From positions 179 through 64,178 of the forward strand of contig DASSSZ010000006.1 of NCBI GenBank assembly GCA_035708165.1: 64,000 nucleotides of DNA, read 5' to 3'. The position numbers and the translations under genes are program-made. Under the pieces are notes generated by a model. That model saw only the letters and a list, made by a program, of their open reading frames with translations, made no database searches and was not told the origin of the DNA. The DNA is from Minisyncoccota bacterium. Lineage in GTDB: Bacteria; Patescibacteriota; Minisyncoccia; Phycocordibacterales; UBA2100. Shown piece after piece: positions 43,413 to 51,714 of the stretch. Numbering within the stretch: position 1 is the stretch's first letter; each line of letters begins with the position of its first letter.

Positions 43413-43802
43413 ATGAAGTATCTCGGCATCGATTACGGAGAGAAGCGCATCGGGCTCGCAGCATCCGATGATGGCGGGCAGTTCGCGTTCGCGCGCGAGG
43501 TCATCCCTAATGACGAGAAAGCGATCGGCATGATCGCCGCGCGCTTCATCGAGGAGGATGCGGATCGCGTGGTGATCGGCATTCCGGCGATCGCGTCCGG
43601 CGGTGCGAATCCTGTCGAATCTCGGATCCGCGCGTTCGCGGAAGCGCTCGAGGCGCACATCAATGCGCCGGTCATCTTCGAGAACGAGCAGTGGAGCAGC
43701 CGGGAGGCGACGCGCTTCGCGCCGGGTGGGGTGAAGAGCGACGCCGTCTCGGCAGCCATCATCCTGCAGCGCTACCTGGACGCGCATCCGCCGAGCGCGT
43801 AG
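43413..43802 (+). CDS. ruvX: Putative pre-16S rRNA nuclease / Holliday-junction-resolvase-like protein YqgF (RuvX)
   Basis: MKYLGIDYGEKRIGLAASDDGGQFAFA..; 129 aa RNase H-like fold. Confidence 0.85.
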   Translation: MKYLGIDYGEKRIGLAASDDGGQFAFAREVIPNDEKAIGMIAARFIEEDADRVVIGIPAIASGGANPVESRIRAFAEALEAHINAPVIFENEQWSSREATRFAPGGVKSDAVSAAIILQRYLDAHPPSA

Positions 43803-43813
43803 AGTAGCACCAT

Positions 43814-44188
43814 ATGGATACCGAACAGACGAACGGGATGCCGACGCAGGAGCCGGCGGGCGCCGCGATCACGTACGATGATTTCGCGAAGGTGGAGATC
43901 CGCATCGGCACGATCAAGGCGGCTGAGCGCATCGAGGGTGCGGACAAGCTGCTGAAGTGCACCGTGGATTTCGGCGAGCTCGGCGAGCGCACGATCGTCT
44001 CCGGTATCGCGAGCTGGTACGCGCCCGAGGACCTGGTGGGGAAGCAGTGCCCGTACGTGGTGAACCTGGCGCCGCGCGTGCTCTTCGGCGTCGAGAGCCA
44101 GGGCATGCTCTTCGCGAGTTCGCCTGATGGCGGCTGCGCGCTTCTGCATCCGGATCGCCCGGTGCCGCCCGGCACGAAGACGAAGTAG
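43814..44188 (+). CDS. tRNA-binding protein (CsaA/Trbp111-like EMAP/OB domain)
   Basis: ..FAKVEIRIGTIKAAERIEGADKLLKCTVDFGELGERTIVSGIASWY..VVNLAPRVL.GVESQGML.. Confidence 0.75.
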   Translation: MDTEQTNGMPTQEPAGAAITYDDFAKVEIRIGTIKAAERIEGADKLLKCTVDFGELGERTIVSGIASWYAPEDLVGKQCPYVVNLAPRVLFGVESQGMLFASSPDGGCALLHPDRPVPPGTKTK

Positions 44189-44287
44189 GCGCGCTACTCG
44201 CGCACCTGCATGCGATATACTGTACGCATGCAAGGCATCGAGACACCGCGCGTCCGGCACGCGCGCGCCGAGGGAGAGCCGCATGGG

Positions 44288-45352
44288 ATGCTCGCGCAGT
44301 GGTTCCCGACGCCATCCATCCTCGTGCGCGTGGGTGCCGGCGTGGACATCTCGGACAGCTCGATCAAGTGGATCGAGCTCGTACCTGCGGTACATGGATG
44401 GGAGGTGGGCGTGCATGGCCACCTGCCGCTGCCGGAGGGGGTGGTCGTGGAGGGTTCCGTACGCGATGCGGCGCAGCTCGGCGCGGCGATCGCTGAGTTG
44501 CGCGAGCAGGTCGGCGGTTCCTCAGTCGTGCATGCTGCGCTTCCCGAGGAGGCAGGCTACGTCTTCAGCATGACCGTGCCGGAAGCGGGGAACCGCGAGG
44601 AGGTGCTCCACATGGTCGAGTTCGAGCTCGAAGGGCGCGTTCCGCTCAAGGTCAATCAGGCGATCTACGACTACGACATCGTCGGCCCCACGGAAGAAGG
44701 GATCGAGCTCGCGGTGTCGGTCTTCCCGTCTGCCCTCGTGGACGGGTACCTGCAGGCATTCGCCGCCGCCGGGATCGAGCTGCGCTCGCTCGAGGTGGAG
44801 GCGCGCGCCATCGCTCGCGCAGTCGTCCCCGCCGATGCGGCGGACGTCTCCCTGCTCGTGGATTTCGGCCGCGCGCGCACGGGCTTCGCCATCCTCAAGC
44901 GCGGGATGCCGATCTTCACGGATACGGTCGCTGTGGGAGGCGCGAAGCTGACCGAGACGGTCATGGGGGCGCTCGGCGTCGGCGAGGCCGATGCGAACGA
45001 ATTCAAGGACACGATCGGGCTCCTCTCGACCGATGATGCGCGCGTGCATGAGGTGGTCGCCGCGACGGCGGCAACGCTCGCCGACGAGGTCCTGCGCCAC
45101 TACCGCTACTGGGATACGCGCCGCAATGAGGAAGGCAAGCGGGTGACGCCGGTCGCCCGCGTGCTCCTCGCCGGCGGCAGCGCGACCCTCAAGGGGCTCC
45201 CGGAGTACCTCGCATCACGCGTGCAGGCGCCCGCCGCCCTGGTCGACGTGTGGCGCAATGTCTGCTCGTTCGATGAATACATCCCGCCGATCGAGCGCAA
45301 GGCATCGCTCGGGTATGCGACGGCGATCGGGCTGGCCCTGCGGGGCGCATAA
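44288..45352 (+). CDS. pilM: Type IV pilus assembly protein PilM (actin-like ATPase fold)
   Basis: ATG at 44288 (MLAQWFPTPSILVRVGAGVDISDSSIKWIEL..). Two-domain actin-like fold with the ..LVDFGRARTGFAIL.. and ..VLLAGGSATLKGL.. motifs. The ORF track starts at 44210. Confidence 0.8.
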   Translation: MLAQWFPTPSILVRVGAGVDISDSSIKWIELVPAVHGWEVGVHGHLPLPEGVVVEGSVRDAAQLGAAIAELREQVGGSSVVHAALPEEAGYVFSMTVPEAGNREEVLHMVEFELEGRVPLKVNQAIYDYDIVGPTEEGIELAVSVFPSALVDGYLQAFAAAGIELRSLEVEARAIARAVVPADAADVSLLVDFGRARTGFAILKRGMPIFTDTVAVGGAKLTETVMGALGVGEADANEFKDTIGLLSTDDARVHEVVAATAATLADEVLRHYRYWDTRRNEEGKRVTPVARVLLAGGSATLKGLPEYLASRVQAPAALVDVWRNVCSFDEYIPPIERKASLGYATAIGLALRGA

Positions 45353-45355
45353 GCT

Positions 45356-45904
45356 ATGGCGAACCTCCTGTCGGTGCCGGTCCAGAAGACGATCTTCATG
45401 CGCGCGATCGCGCGCATCCTGATCGCGGTCGCGCTCCTCTTCGCGGGATTGGGGCTGGTCGGCATTTTCGCCCTGATGCCCGCGTATCTCACCTTGCAGA
45501 CGCGCCAGGCGGCCATCGCCTACGAGCTGACTGCCCTCAACGGGTCGCAGGCAGCGCAGCAGCAGGATGACCGCGATGCGATCATCACCGCGAACCGGCA
45601 GCTTGCGGTCGCCGGCGGCATGGCTGCGCCTGGGCATGATCCTGCCCGCGCCATCCGCACCGTCATCGAGAGCCGGCCTGCCGGCATGACGCTCGCGCGC
45701 CTCGACTATGCGGCAGGGAAGGCGGGATCGAGCACCGAAGCCACGCTCAGCATCTCGGGCATCACGGCGCATGCGGCCGATCAGACGGCCTACCTCTCCG
45801 CGCTGCGGGCAATCCCGGGATTCGCTTCGGTCGAGATCCCTATCTCGGCGCTCGCGCATGCCGATACGAACGCGGTCACCTACGAGGTACGCGGCACATT
45901 CTGA
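45356..45904 (+). CDS. pilN: PilN-like pilus assembly protein (single TM plus periplasmic domain)
   Basis: 182 aa, N-terminal TM (RILIAVALLFAGLGLVGIFALMPAYL). It immediately follows pilM with a 3-nt gap. Confidence 0.55.
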   Translation: MANLLSVPVQKTIFMRAIARILIAVALLFAGLGLVGIFALMPAYLTLQTRQAAIAYELTALNGSQAAQQQDDRDAIITANRQLAVAGGMAAPGHDPARAIRTVIESRPAGMTLARLDYAAGKAGSSTEATLSISGITAHAADQTAYLSALRAIPGFASVEIPISALAHADTNAVTYEVRGTF

Positions 45905-45906
45905 CC

Positions 45907-46461
45907 ATGCAACGCACGCGCACGACACGGCTCTGGATCTTCGCGGCCATCTCGCTCGCGGCGCTCGCGGCATCATGGGCGGCCTTCGGGTGGATGGTGC
46001 TCTCGGTCGGCGGGCTGCGCGCACAGCTCGCAACGACCACGGACGAGCGCGATCTCGCGCGCGCGAAGGCCGCGTACGCGCAGACGCTCAAGGAGATCCT
46101 CTCCGACACGGCTTCGGACCGCGCGCAGCTCTCGGAGCTCGCCGATGCGTCCGCTGTCTCGATCGTCTCGCTCATCCGCGGCGCTGCGACGGATGCGGGC
46201 GCGGACGCAAGCATCACCTCGATCGCGCCCGGCACCCTCACGGTCGGCGGGCGATCGGTAGAGACGCTCACGGTCGACCTCACGGCGCAAGGCTCCTTCG
46301 CGGAGGATTACCGTCTCCTCACGCTCCTCGAGGCGCTTCCCGTACCGCTCGCGATCGACTCCGTCTCGCTCGATCAGCGCGGCGCGACGAAGGGCGCGCC
46401 GTGGACGATGACGGTCGAGCTCGCGGTGTACACTGAGACCGCGGATGCCACAGGGCAGTAG
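45907..46461 (+). CDS. pilO: PilO-like pilus assembly protein
   Basis: 184 aa, N-terminal TM (LWIFAAISLAALAASWAAFGWMVL), then coiled-coil, then a periplasmic domain. Third gene of the pilMNO unit. Confidence 0.5.
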   Translation: MQRTRTTRLWIFAAISLAALAASWAAFGWMVLSVGGLRAQLATTTDERDLARAKAAYAQTLKEILSDTASDRAQLSELADASAVSIVSLIRGAATDAGADASITSIAPGTLTVGGRSVETLTVDLTAQGSFAEDYRLLTLLEALPVPLAIDSVSLDQRGATKGAPWTMTVELAVYTETADATGQ

Positions 46462-46462
46462 T

Positions 46463-46777
46463 ATGCGATTCTTCTCTTCACTCACCCTCCTGCGCGAGAA
46501 CCGGTTCGACCCGCTCGTCATCCGGCATGTCACCGATGCGCTCTGGTACGGCACCGTGCGCGCAAGCTTCGTCCTCGTGGGATGCATGCTGGCCTACGGC
46601 GGCTGGCAGCTCTGGCTCGCGCAGCACGAGGAGCATGATGCGGCCGATGCAGCAGCGGCGCCGCTCTCGATCGACCGCGACCAGCTGAGAAGCGTGCTCG
46701 AGACGTATCAGCAGCGGCACGTGCAGTACGATGGCTTAGTCGCGCACCCTGCCGCTATCGTTGACCCCGCGAAGTAG
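46463..46777 (+). CDS. Small membrane hypothetical protein following pilO (possible PilP-position gene)
   Basis: MRFFSSLTLLRENRFD.. with one TM (..SFVLVGCMLAYGGWQLWL..). It abuts pilO. Confidence 0.3.
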   Translation: MRFFSSLTLLRENRFDPLVIRHVTDALWYGTVRASFVLVGCMLAYGGWQLWLAQHEEHDAADAAAAPLSIDRDQLRSVLETYQQRHVQYDGLVAHPAAIVDPAK

Positions 46778-46817
46778 GACAGGTACGCTCATGACGCTGG
46801 CGGGCACCGGCCCGTCT

Positions 46818-46889
46818 GCCCCTGTAGCTCAATGGATAGAGCAGGAGACTTCTAAGCTCTTGATGGGGGTTCGATTCCCTCCGGGGGCA
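46818..46889 (+). tRNA. tRNA-Arg (anticodon UCU)
   Basis: Acceptor gcccctg/cgggggc (one G:U), D-arm gctc-aatggata-gagc, anticodon loop cTTCTaa, T-arm ggggg-ttcgatt-ccctc. Confidence 0.8.
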
Positions 46890-46948
46890 CCGATGCCCGC
46901 TTCCGGTTCCGCTTGACCCGCACCCGCCGCCATGTAGGCTGATGGGAC

Positions 46949-47021
46949 GGGCGATTAGCTCAGTTGGTAGAGCAATTCGTTTACACCGAAAAGGTCGCAG
47001 GTTCGAGTCCTGCATCGCCCA
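46949..47021 (+). tRNA. tRNA-Val (anticodon UAC)
   Basis: Acceptor gggcgat/atcgccc, D-arm gctc-agttggta-gagc, anticodon loop ttTACac, T-arm gcagg-ttcgagt-cctgc. The coordinate is anchored by the overlapping ORF start at 46942. Confidence 0.85.
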
Positions 47022-47190
47022 CAAAGGCAGCGCGCCGGAAGCGAACGCGCGGAGCTTCCGGCGCGCATGTTTCTGCGGTGAGCAGGACACGAAAGCCGCA
47101 CGTCGCCCCCGCCGAAGCGCCATGCTAGATGAAGCTCCCGCGGAATGCCTGCGGGTTGACCCTCGACCCGTTTTCGTCCATGCTCTGCAA

Positions 47191-47877
47191 ATGACTGACG
47201 AGGCATCGCTCCCGCTGTGCGTCGGCATCATCCCCGATGGGAACCGCCGCTGGGCGCTGCGTCATGACACGGCGGCGCTCGAAGGGCACCGCGCCGGCGC
47301 CGATACGCTCGCGCGCATCGTGCTGCATGCCCGCGATCGCGGGATCGCGCACATCGTCGCGTACGCATTCTCGAGCGAGAACTGGCAGCGCTCGGAAACC
47401 GAGGTCTCGTTCCTCATGAGCCTCATCGTCGAAGGCGCGCGCGGGGAGCTCTCGCGCCTGCGGAAAGAGGGCGTGCGGATCCGTTTCATCGGGGAGCGCG
47501 AGCGGCTCGCGATCGCCGTGCGCGACGCGATCGAATCGGTCGAGAAGGAGAGCGCGGGGAATACGGCGTGCACGCTCTGGATCGCATTCTCCTATGGCGG
47601 CCGCGCCGAAATCGCCGCGGCCGCCCGCTTGCTCGCCGAGGCAGGCGAGCCGATCACCGAAGATTCGCTTCCTGCGCGCTTCTGGAGCGCGGGCATGCCG
47701 GACCCGGATCTCATCGTGCGCACGAGCGGCGAGCAGCGTCTCTCGAATTTCCTGCTCTGGCAGGCGGCGTACAGCGAGCTCTTCTTTACCGATACGCTCT
47801 GGCCGGATTTCACTCCGGACGAGTTCGATCGCATACTAGATACGTATGCAGTCCGCGAGCGCCGGCATGGGAAATAG
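47191..47877 (+). CDS. uppS: Undecaprenyl-diphosphate synthase (cis-isoprenyl transferase)
   Basis: ATG at 47191 (MTDEASLPLCVGIIPDGNRRWA..), ..AYAFSSENWQRSETEV.., ..RLSNFLLWQAAYSELFF... The ORF track start at 46942 runs across tRNA-Val. Confidence 0.85.
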   Translation: MTDEASLPLCVGIIPDGNRRWALRHDTAALEGHRAGADTLARIVLHARDRGIAHIVAYAFSSENWQRSETEVSFLMSLIVEGARGELSRLRKEGVRIRFIGERERLAIAVRDAIESVEKESAGNTACTLWIAFSYGGRAEIAAAARLLAEAGEPITEDSLPARFWSAGMPDPDLIVRTSGEQRLSNFLLWQAAYSELFFTDTLWPDFTPDEFDRILDTYAVRERRHGK

Positions 47878-48610
47878 CGAGCCCCGCGTCCTCTATGAGG
47901 ATGCGGATGTCCTCGTCCTCGCGAAGCCGTCCGGGCTCATCGTGCATGGGGATGGGCGCAGCACGGAGCCGACGCTCGCCGACTGGCTCATCGCGCGCGA
48001 TCCATCCATCACCGAGGTGGGGGAGCCGTGGACGGCTCCGAGCGGCGCTGTCATCCCGCGGCCGGGGATCGTGCACCGGTTGGACCGTGAGACCTCCGGC
48101 GTCATGATCGTCGCGAAGAATGACCGCGCGTTCGCGCACCTCAAGCAGCAGTTCAAGGAGCGGCTCGCGAAGAAGACGTACGACGTGCTGGCATACGGGC
48201 ACCCGAAGGAGGACGGCGGGCTCATCGACAAGCCGATCGGGCGTTCGCCTCGCGACTTCCGGCGCTGGAGCGCGCAGCCAGGCGCACGCGGGGAGCTCCG
48301 GAACGCGCAGACGCGCTGGCGCGTGCTCGCGCGCGGACGTGACGAGAAAGGCGAGGCGATCGCGCATCTCGAGGCCGAGCCTCTGACCGGCCGGACGCAC
48401 CAGATCCGCGTGCACCTCAAGGCGATCCACCATCCGGTAGTCTGCGACGCGCTCTATGCGCCGAACCGGCCGTGCTGCTTCGGGATCGGGCGCGTCGCGC
48501 TGCACGCGCGCCGCCTCGCGATCACTCTCCCATCGGGGGAGGAGCGGGTGTTCGAGGCGCCTGTGCCGCAGGATCTCGAGGCCGCATTCGCGGCGCTTGG
48601 GGCGGCGTGA
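47867..48610 (+). CDS. RluA-family pseudouridine synthase
   Basis: ..ADVLVLAKPSGLIVHG.., catalytic ..HRLDRETSGVMIVAKN.., ..GRTHQIRVHL.. Starts at or near the ATG at 47867. Confidence 0.8.
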   Translation: MGNSEPRVLYEDADVLVLAKPSGLIVHGDGRSTEPTLADWLIARDPSITEVGEPWTAPSGAVIPRPGIVHRLDRETSGVMIVAKNDRAFAHLKQQFKERLAKKTYDVLAYGHPKEDGGLIDKPIGRSPRDFRRWSAQPGARGELRNAQTRWRVLARGRDEKGEAIAHLEAEPLTGRTHQIRVHLKAIHHPVVCDALYAPNRPCCFGIGRVALHARRLAITLPSGEERVFEAPVPQDLEAAFAALGAA

Positions 48611-48653
48611 CATTCTTGCCTTGGGGTACGCTGCATGCTACAGTACCGCCGTT

Positions 48654-49232
48654 ATGACCAACGGCATCGCCATTTCGCCCGTCAACATGGACGAGCGCAA
48701 GAACCTCGGCATCAGCACAGGCGACACGGTCCGCGTCTGGCAGAAGATCGAGGAGAAGGGCAAGACCCGCCTGCAGGCCTTCGAGGGCCTGGTCCTCGCG
48801 GTGAAGCATGGCGGCGAGCCGGGCGGCACGTTCACCGTGCGCCGCGTCGCTTCCGGCATCGGCGTCGAGAAGGTGTTCCCGCTCTACTCGCCCCTGATCG
48901 ATCGCATCGAGATCGTGAAGCAAGTGAAGGTCCGCCGCGCGAAGCTCTACCATATCCGCGACAAGGTCGCCCGCGAGGCGCGCCGCACCCTGCGCCGCAT
49001 GCAGATGGTGAACATCTCGACCAAGAGCGAGGCGGAAGCTGCTGCGGAAGCAGAGGCTGCCGCGAAGGCCGAAGCCGCCGCCGCTGCAGAAGCCGCCGCT
49101 GCCGAGGAGGCGAAGCAGGCCGCTGAGGCTGCCGCTGCCGCAGAAGCTGCGGCTCAGCCGGAGGCACCGGCGGAAGCTCCTGCCGAAGATGCTCCTGCCG
49201 CAGAAGCGAGCACCGAGGAGAAGGCCGCGTAG
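48654..49232 (+). CDS. rplS: 50S ribosomal protein L19 with about 75 aa Ala/Glu-rich C-terminal extension
   Basis: ATG at 48654 (MTNGIAISPVNMDERKNLGISTGDTVRVWQKIEEKGKTRLQAFEGLVLAVKHGG..). The C-terminus is EAEAAAEAEAAAKAEAAAAAEAAAAEEAKQAAEAAAAAEAAAQPEAPAEAPAEDAPAAEASTEEKAA. Confidence 0.85.
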   Translation: MTNGIAISPVNMDERKNLGISTGDTVRVWQKIEEKGKTRLQAFEGLVLAVKHGGEPGGTFTVRRVASGIGVEKVFPLYSPLIDRIEIVKQVKVRRAKLYHIRDKVAREARRTLRRMQMVNISTKSEAEAAAEAEAAAKAEAAAAAEAAAAEEAKQAAEAAAAAEAAAQPEAPAEAPAEDAPAAEASTEEKAA

Positions 49233-49290
49233 GCCTTCTTCATATATTGAAAACGCACCTGCGACCGCGTATACTAGCGGTCGTACGAAT

Positions 49291-49372
49291 GCCCAGGTGT
49301 TGAAATTGGTAGACAAGCTACCTTGAGGTGGTAGTGCCGAAAGGCGTGCTGGTTCAAGTCCAGTCCTGGGCA
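49291..49372 (+). tRNA. tRNA-Leu (anticodon GAG), type II
   Basis: Acceptor gcccagg/cctgggc, anticodon stem ctacc/ggtag with loop ttGAGgt, variable arm agtgccgaaaggcgt, T-loop ttcaagt. Coordinates are anchored to the ORF start at 49328. Confidence 0.85.
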
Positions 49373-49375
49373 CAG

Positions 49376-49423
49376 CGGCAAACAGAATGCCCCGGCATGC
49401 ATGCCGGGGCATTCTGTTTGCCG
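49376..49423. repeat. Perfect 48-bp palindrome centred on GCATGCATGC immediately 3' of tRNA-Leu
   Basis: cggcaaacagaatgccccggcatgc|atgccggggcattctgtttgccg, with arms of 24 nt and a centre between 49399 and 49400. No U-tract on either side. Confidence 0.6.
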
Positions 49424-49465
49424 GCGGGTGACCGCAGGGAGCTGTTCGTTTGCTATCATGCCTCC

Positions 49466-50020
49466 ATGGCGTTCTATACCGGCAAGGGAGACGGCGGCAC
49501 GAGCAAGCTGTTCGATACCACGTCAGGCGTACGCGTGCCGAAGTCCTCGCCGATCTTCGAGGCGCTCGGGACATTCGATGAGCTCACGACCATAGTGGGC
49601 TTCGCCAAGGTCGCTGCCCGTGAGCTTCCCGTGGAGGAGAAGAGCGCAGCGGCCATCCTGCACGAGGTGCAGGATCATCTCTTCACCATCCAGGCGGAGC
49701 TCGCGGGAGCCGGCAAGACCATTCCCGAGGCGAGCGTGGCGGCAATCGAGGGTATCATCAATGGCATCGAATCATCACTGCCGCCAGTCACGACCTTTCT
49801 CGTGCCGGGCGCGACGGAGCTCTCCGCGCGGCTCGACATGGCGCGCGCGATGAGCCGCCGCGCGGAGCGGCGGCTGGTCATCCTCAACGAGCGCGGCGAG
49901 CGGCCGATCGGGGAGCACACGCTCCGGTACGCGAACCGGCTCTCCTCGCTCCTCTATGCGCTCGCGCGGCTCGCGAACCATGCCGCAGGCGCTGATGAGG
50001 CAGCGCCGTCGTACCGGTAG
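49466..50020 (+). CDS. PduO-type ATP:cob(I)alamin adenosyltransferase family protein (Cob_adeno_trans)
   Basis: ATG at 49466 (MAFYTGKGDGGTSKLFDTTSGVRVPKSSPIFEALGTFDEL..), matching the family N-terminal motif T.(T/K)GD.G.T.L. Confidence 0.75.
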   Translation: MAFYTGKGDGGTSKLFDTTSGVRVPKSSPIFEALGTFDELTTIVGFAKVAARELPVEEKSAAAILHEVQDHLFTIQAELAGAGKTIPEASVAAIEGIINGIESSLPPVTTFLVPGATELSARLDMARAMSRRAERRLVILNERGERPIGEHTLRYANRLSSLLYALARLANHAAGADEAAPSYR

Positions 50021-50121
50021 GTCGGGAAGTACGATGCGGTTCGCTCTGCCGTGCTTCCCGCGATCATTCGCCGAGGATGGCGAAATCTGCTATAACAGGT
50101 GCGCGAACATGCTTCGCAGAT

Positions 50122-50195
50122 GGCGGCGTTAGCTCAGTTGGTAGAGCTCTCGGTTGTGGTCCGAGCGGTCGAGGGTTCGAGTCCCTCACGTCGCC
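50122..50195 (+). tRNA. tRNA-His (anticodon GUG) with genomically encoded G-1
   Basis: G-1 at 50122 pairs with discriminator C73 at 50195. Acceptor gcggcgt/acgtcgc, anticodon loop ttGTGgt, T-arm gaggg-ttcgagt-ccctc. Confidence 0.85.
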
Positions 50196-50317
50196 CCTGT
50201 CGGTACGAGCCGGATGCCTAGGCATCCGGCTCGTTTGCCGCAGGAGCGCGAGGGACTCGAGCGCCGCAGCCCCGTAAAGCGGGACGAGGCAGACGGCGAC
50301 GAACATCCGCGAGCGCA

Positions 50318-50749
50318 TCAGCGCGCCACTCCCTGCGCGAGAAGGACGCGCCCGATCCCGCGCCAGAGGCTGAGCAGCCGCCCGATGAGGACCCCATCGA
50401 TGACCGCGAAAGAGATCGCCGAAAGAGCGGCGCCATCGAAGTACTCGCCGAGGAGCTGGCCGCTCACGATGCGGAATACGATGTAGGCCGCGATCAGGAT
50501 GAAGCCGGTGCGGTCCATGCGCAGGATGACCTTCCGCGTGTCTTCGTGCCATCGCAGGATGAACATGCGGCCGGCGGCGTAGCCGACCGCGATGCCGGCA
50601 AGGGCGGCGAGGATGACCGGGATGATCCCGATCGCGCCTTCAGCGGCATCGTACGCGACTGCAATGAAGAGGCCGATCGCGACGATAAGCAGGATCGCGA
50701 CCTGGACGATGATCCGGCGATGGAGATAGCGCAGTATGCGGAATCGCAT
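50318..50749 (-). CDS. Hypothetical 4-TM membrane protein
   Basis: ATG at 50749 (MRFRILRYLHRRIIVQVAILLIVAIGLFIAV..). The ORF track extension to 50872 is non-native. Confidence 0.35.
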   Translation of the reverse strand: MRFRILRYLHRRIIVQVAILLIVAIGLFIAVAYDAAEGAIGIIPVILAALAGIAVGYAAGRMFILRWHEDTRKVILRMDRTGFILIAAYIVFRIVSGQLLGEYFDGAALSAISFAVIDGVLIGRLLSLWRGIGRVLLAQGVAR

Positions 50750-51030
50750 GCGAGGACAGTATAGCAGCGCCCCTCCGCGCGCCGTACAGGAAAGCGTCCG
50801 CTCTCGCGCATGGAGGCCGGATGAACGCCAGCGGATGGGCAGGCCTTCTCGTGGCGATAGGCGCAGTGCCACCCTGCGTTCATCTCGGGAGGCTACGATG
50901 TGACCGTAATGCGATTACGTACGTATGCAGGCATCATCATGCTAATACTCGGACTTGCCGCGCTCGCGCTCGCGATCAGCTACGGGGCATCGGGGAACCA
51001 GCCGGTGCCGCCCGCCGCGACGAGCACGCC

Positions 51031-51690
51031 TTATGAGCTGCCAGGCGCAGCATCATCATCTTTGTGATGTGCGCTCTCGGCGCCTTCCGTGCTGTCCTTG
51101 CGCACGCGCATGCGGTAGAGATGCCAGAGCGCCGGGATGAATGAGATGAAGACGATGAGGAGGACGAGCGGCAGGAGATAGCGCTGGGCATCGGGGATGA
51201 CGCGTCCGAGCCAGTACCCGAGCTCGAGCAGGCCCGCGATCCAGAGCAGCGCGCCGAGCGCGTTGTAGCGCATGAATCCTCCGAGCGGCATCCGTGCGGC
51301 GCCTGCGACGATCGGCACGAAGCAGCGCACGATCGGCACGAAGCGCGAGAGCAGGATCGCGCGGGCGCCGTAGCGGACGAAGAATCGGTTCGCTTCGGCG
51401 ACATACTCGGGCTTGAAGTAGGGCGACTCGGGGCGGGAGAAGAGCCGCGGGCCGAGCTGCTTGCCGATCAGGTATCCCGCGATATCGCCGAGGATCGCGG
51501 CAGGGATGAGCAGGAGGAGCAGCCACCAGATCCCGAAGACGCCTTGGCTCGCGAGCAGCCCTGCCGTGAAGAGCAGGCTATCGCCGGGAAGCACGAGCCC
51601 GATCGGCGTGCCGGATTCGAGGAAGACCGCTGCCGCGATCCCGGCGTAGCCGGTCGCGATGATGGTGGCGGCGAGATCGAAGCCGAACAT
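51031..51690 (-). CDS. DedA/VTT (SNARE-associated) family membrane protein
   Basis: ATG at 51690 (MFGFDLAATIIATGYAGIAAAVFLESGTPIGLVLPGDSLLFTAG..), the DedA signature ..F.E...P.G..LPGD.LL..AG... The 620-aa ORF-track entry is an antisense/read-through artefact. Confidence 0.85.
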   Translation of the reverse strand: MFGFDLAATIIATGYAGIAAAVFLESGTPIGLVLPGDSLLFTAGLLASQGVFGIWWLLLLLIPAAILGDIAGYLIGKQLGPRLFSRPESPYFKPEYVAEANRFFVRYGARAILLSRFVPIVRCFVPIVAGAARMPLGGFMRYNALGALLWIAGLLELGYWLGRVIPDAQRYLLPLVLLIVFISFIPALWHLYRMRVRKDSTEGAESAHHKDDDAAPGSS

Positions 51691-51714
51691 GCAGCGAAGG
51701 ATACCACGCGGGGC

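Noticed and set aside
48980-49232. Ala/Glu-codon repeats (gaagctgctgcg / gccgctgcc) considered as an intergenic microsatellite
   Set aside because: They are in-frame and continuous with the L19 core and end at a proper stop. They are treated as a coding C-terminal extension, flagged as a finding rather than a repeat feature.
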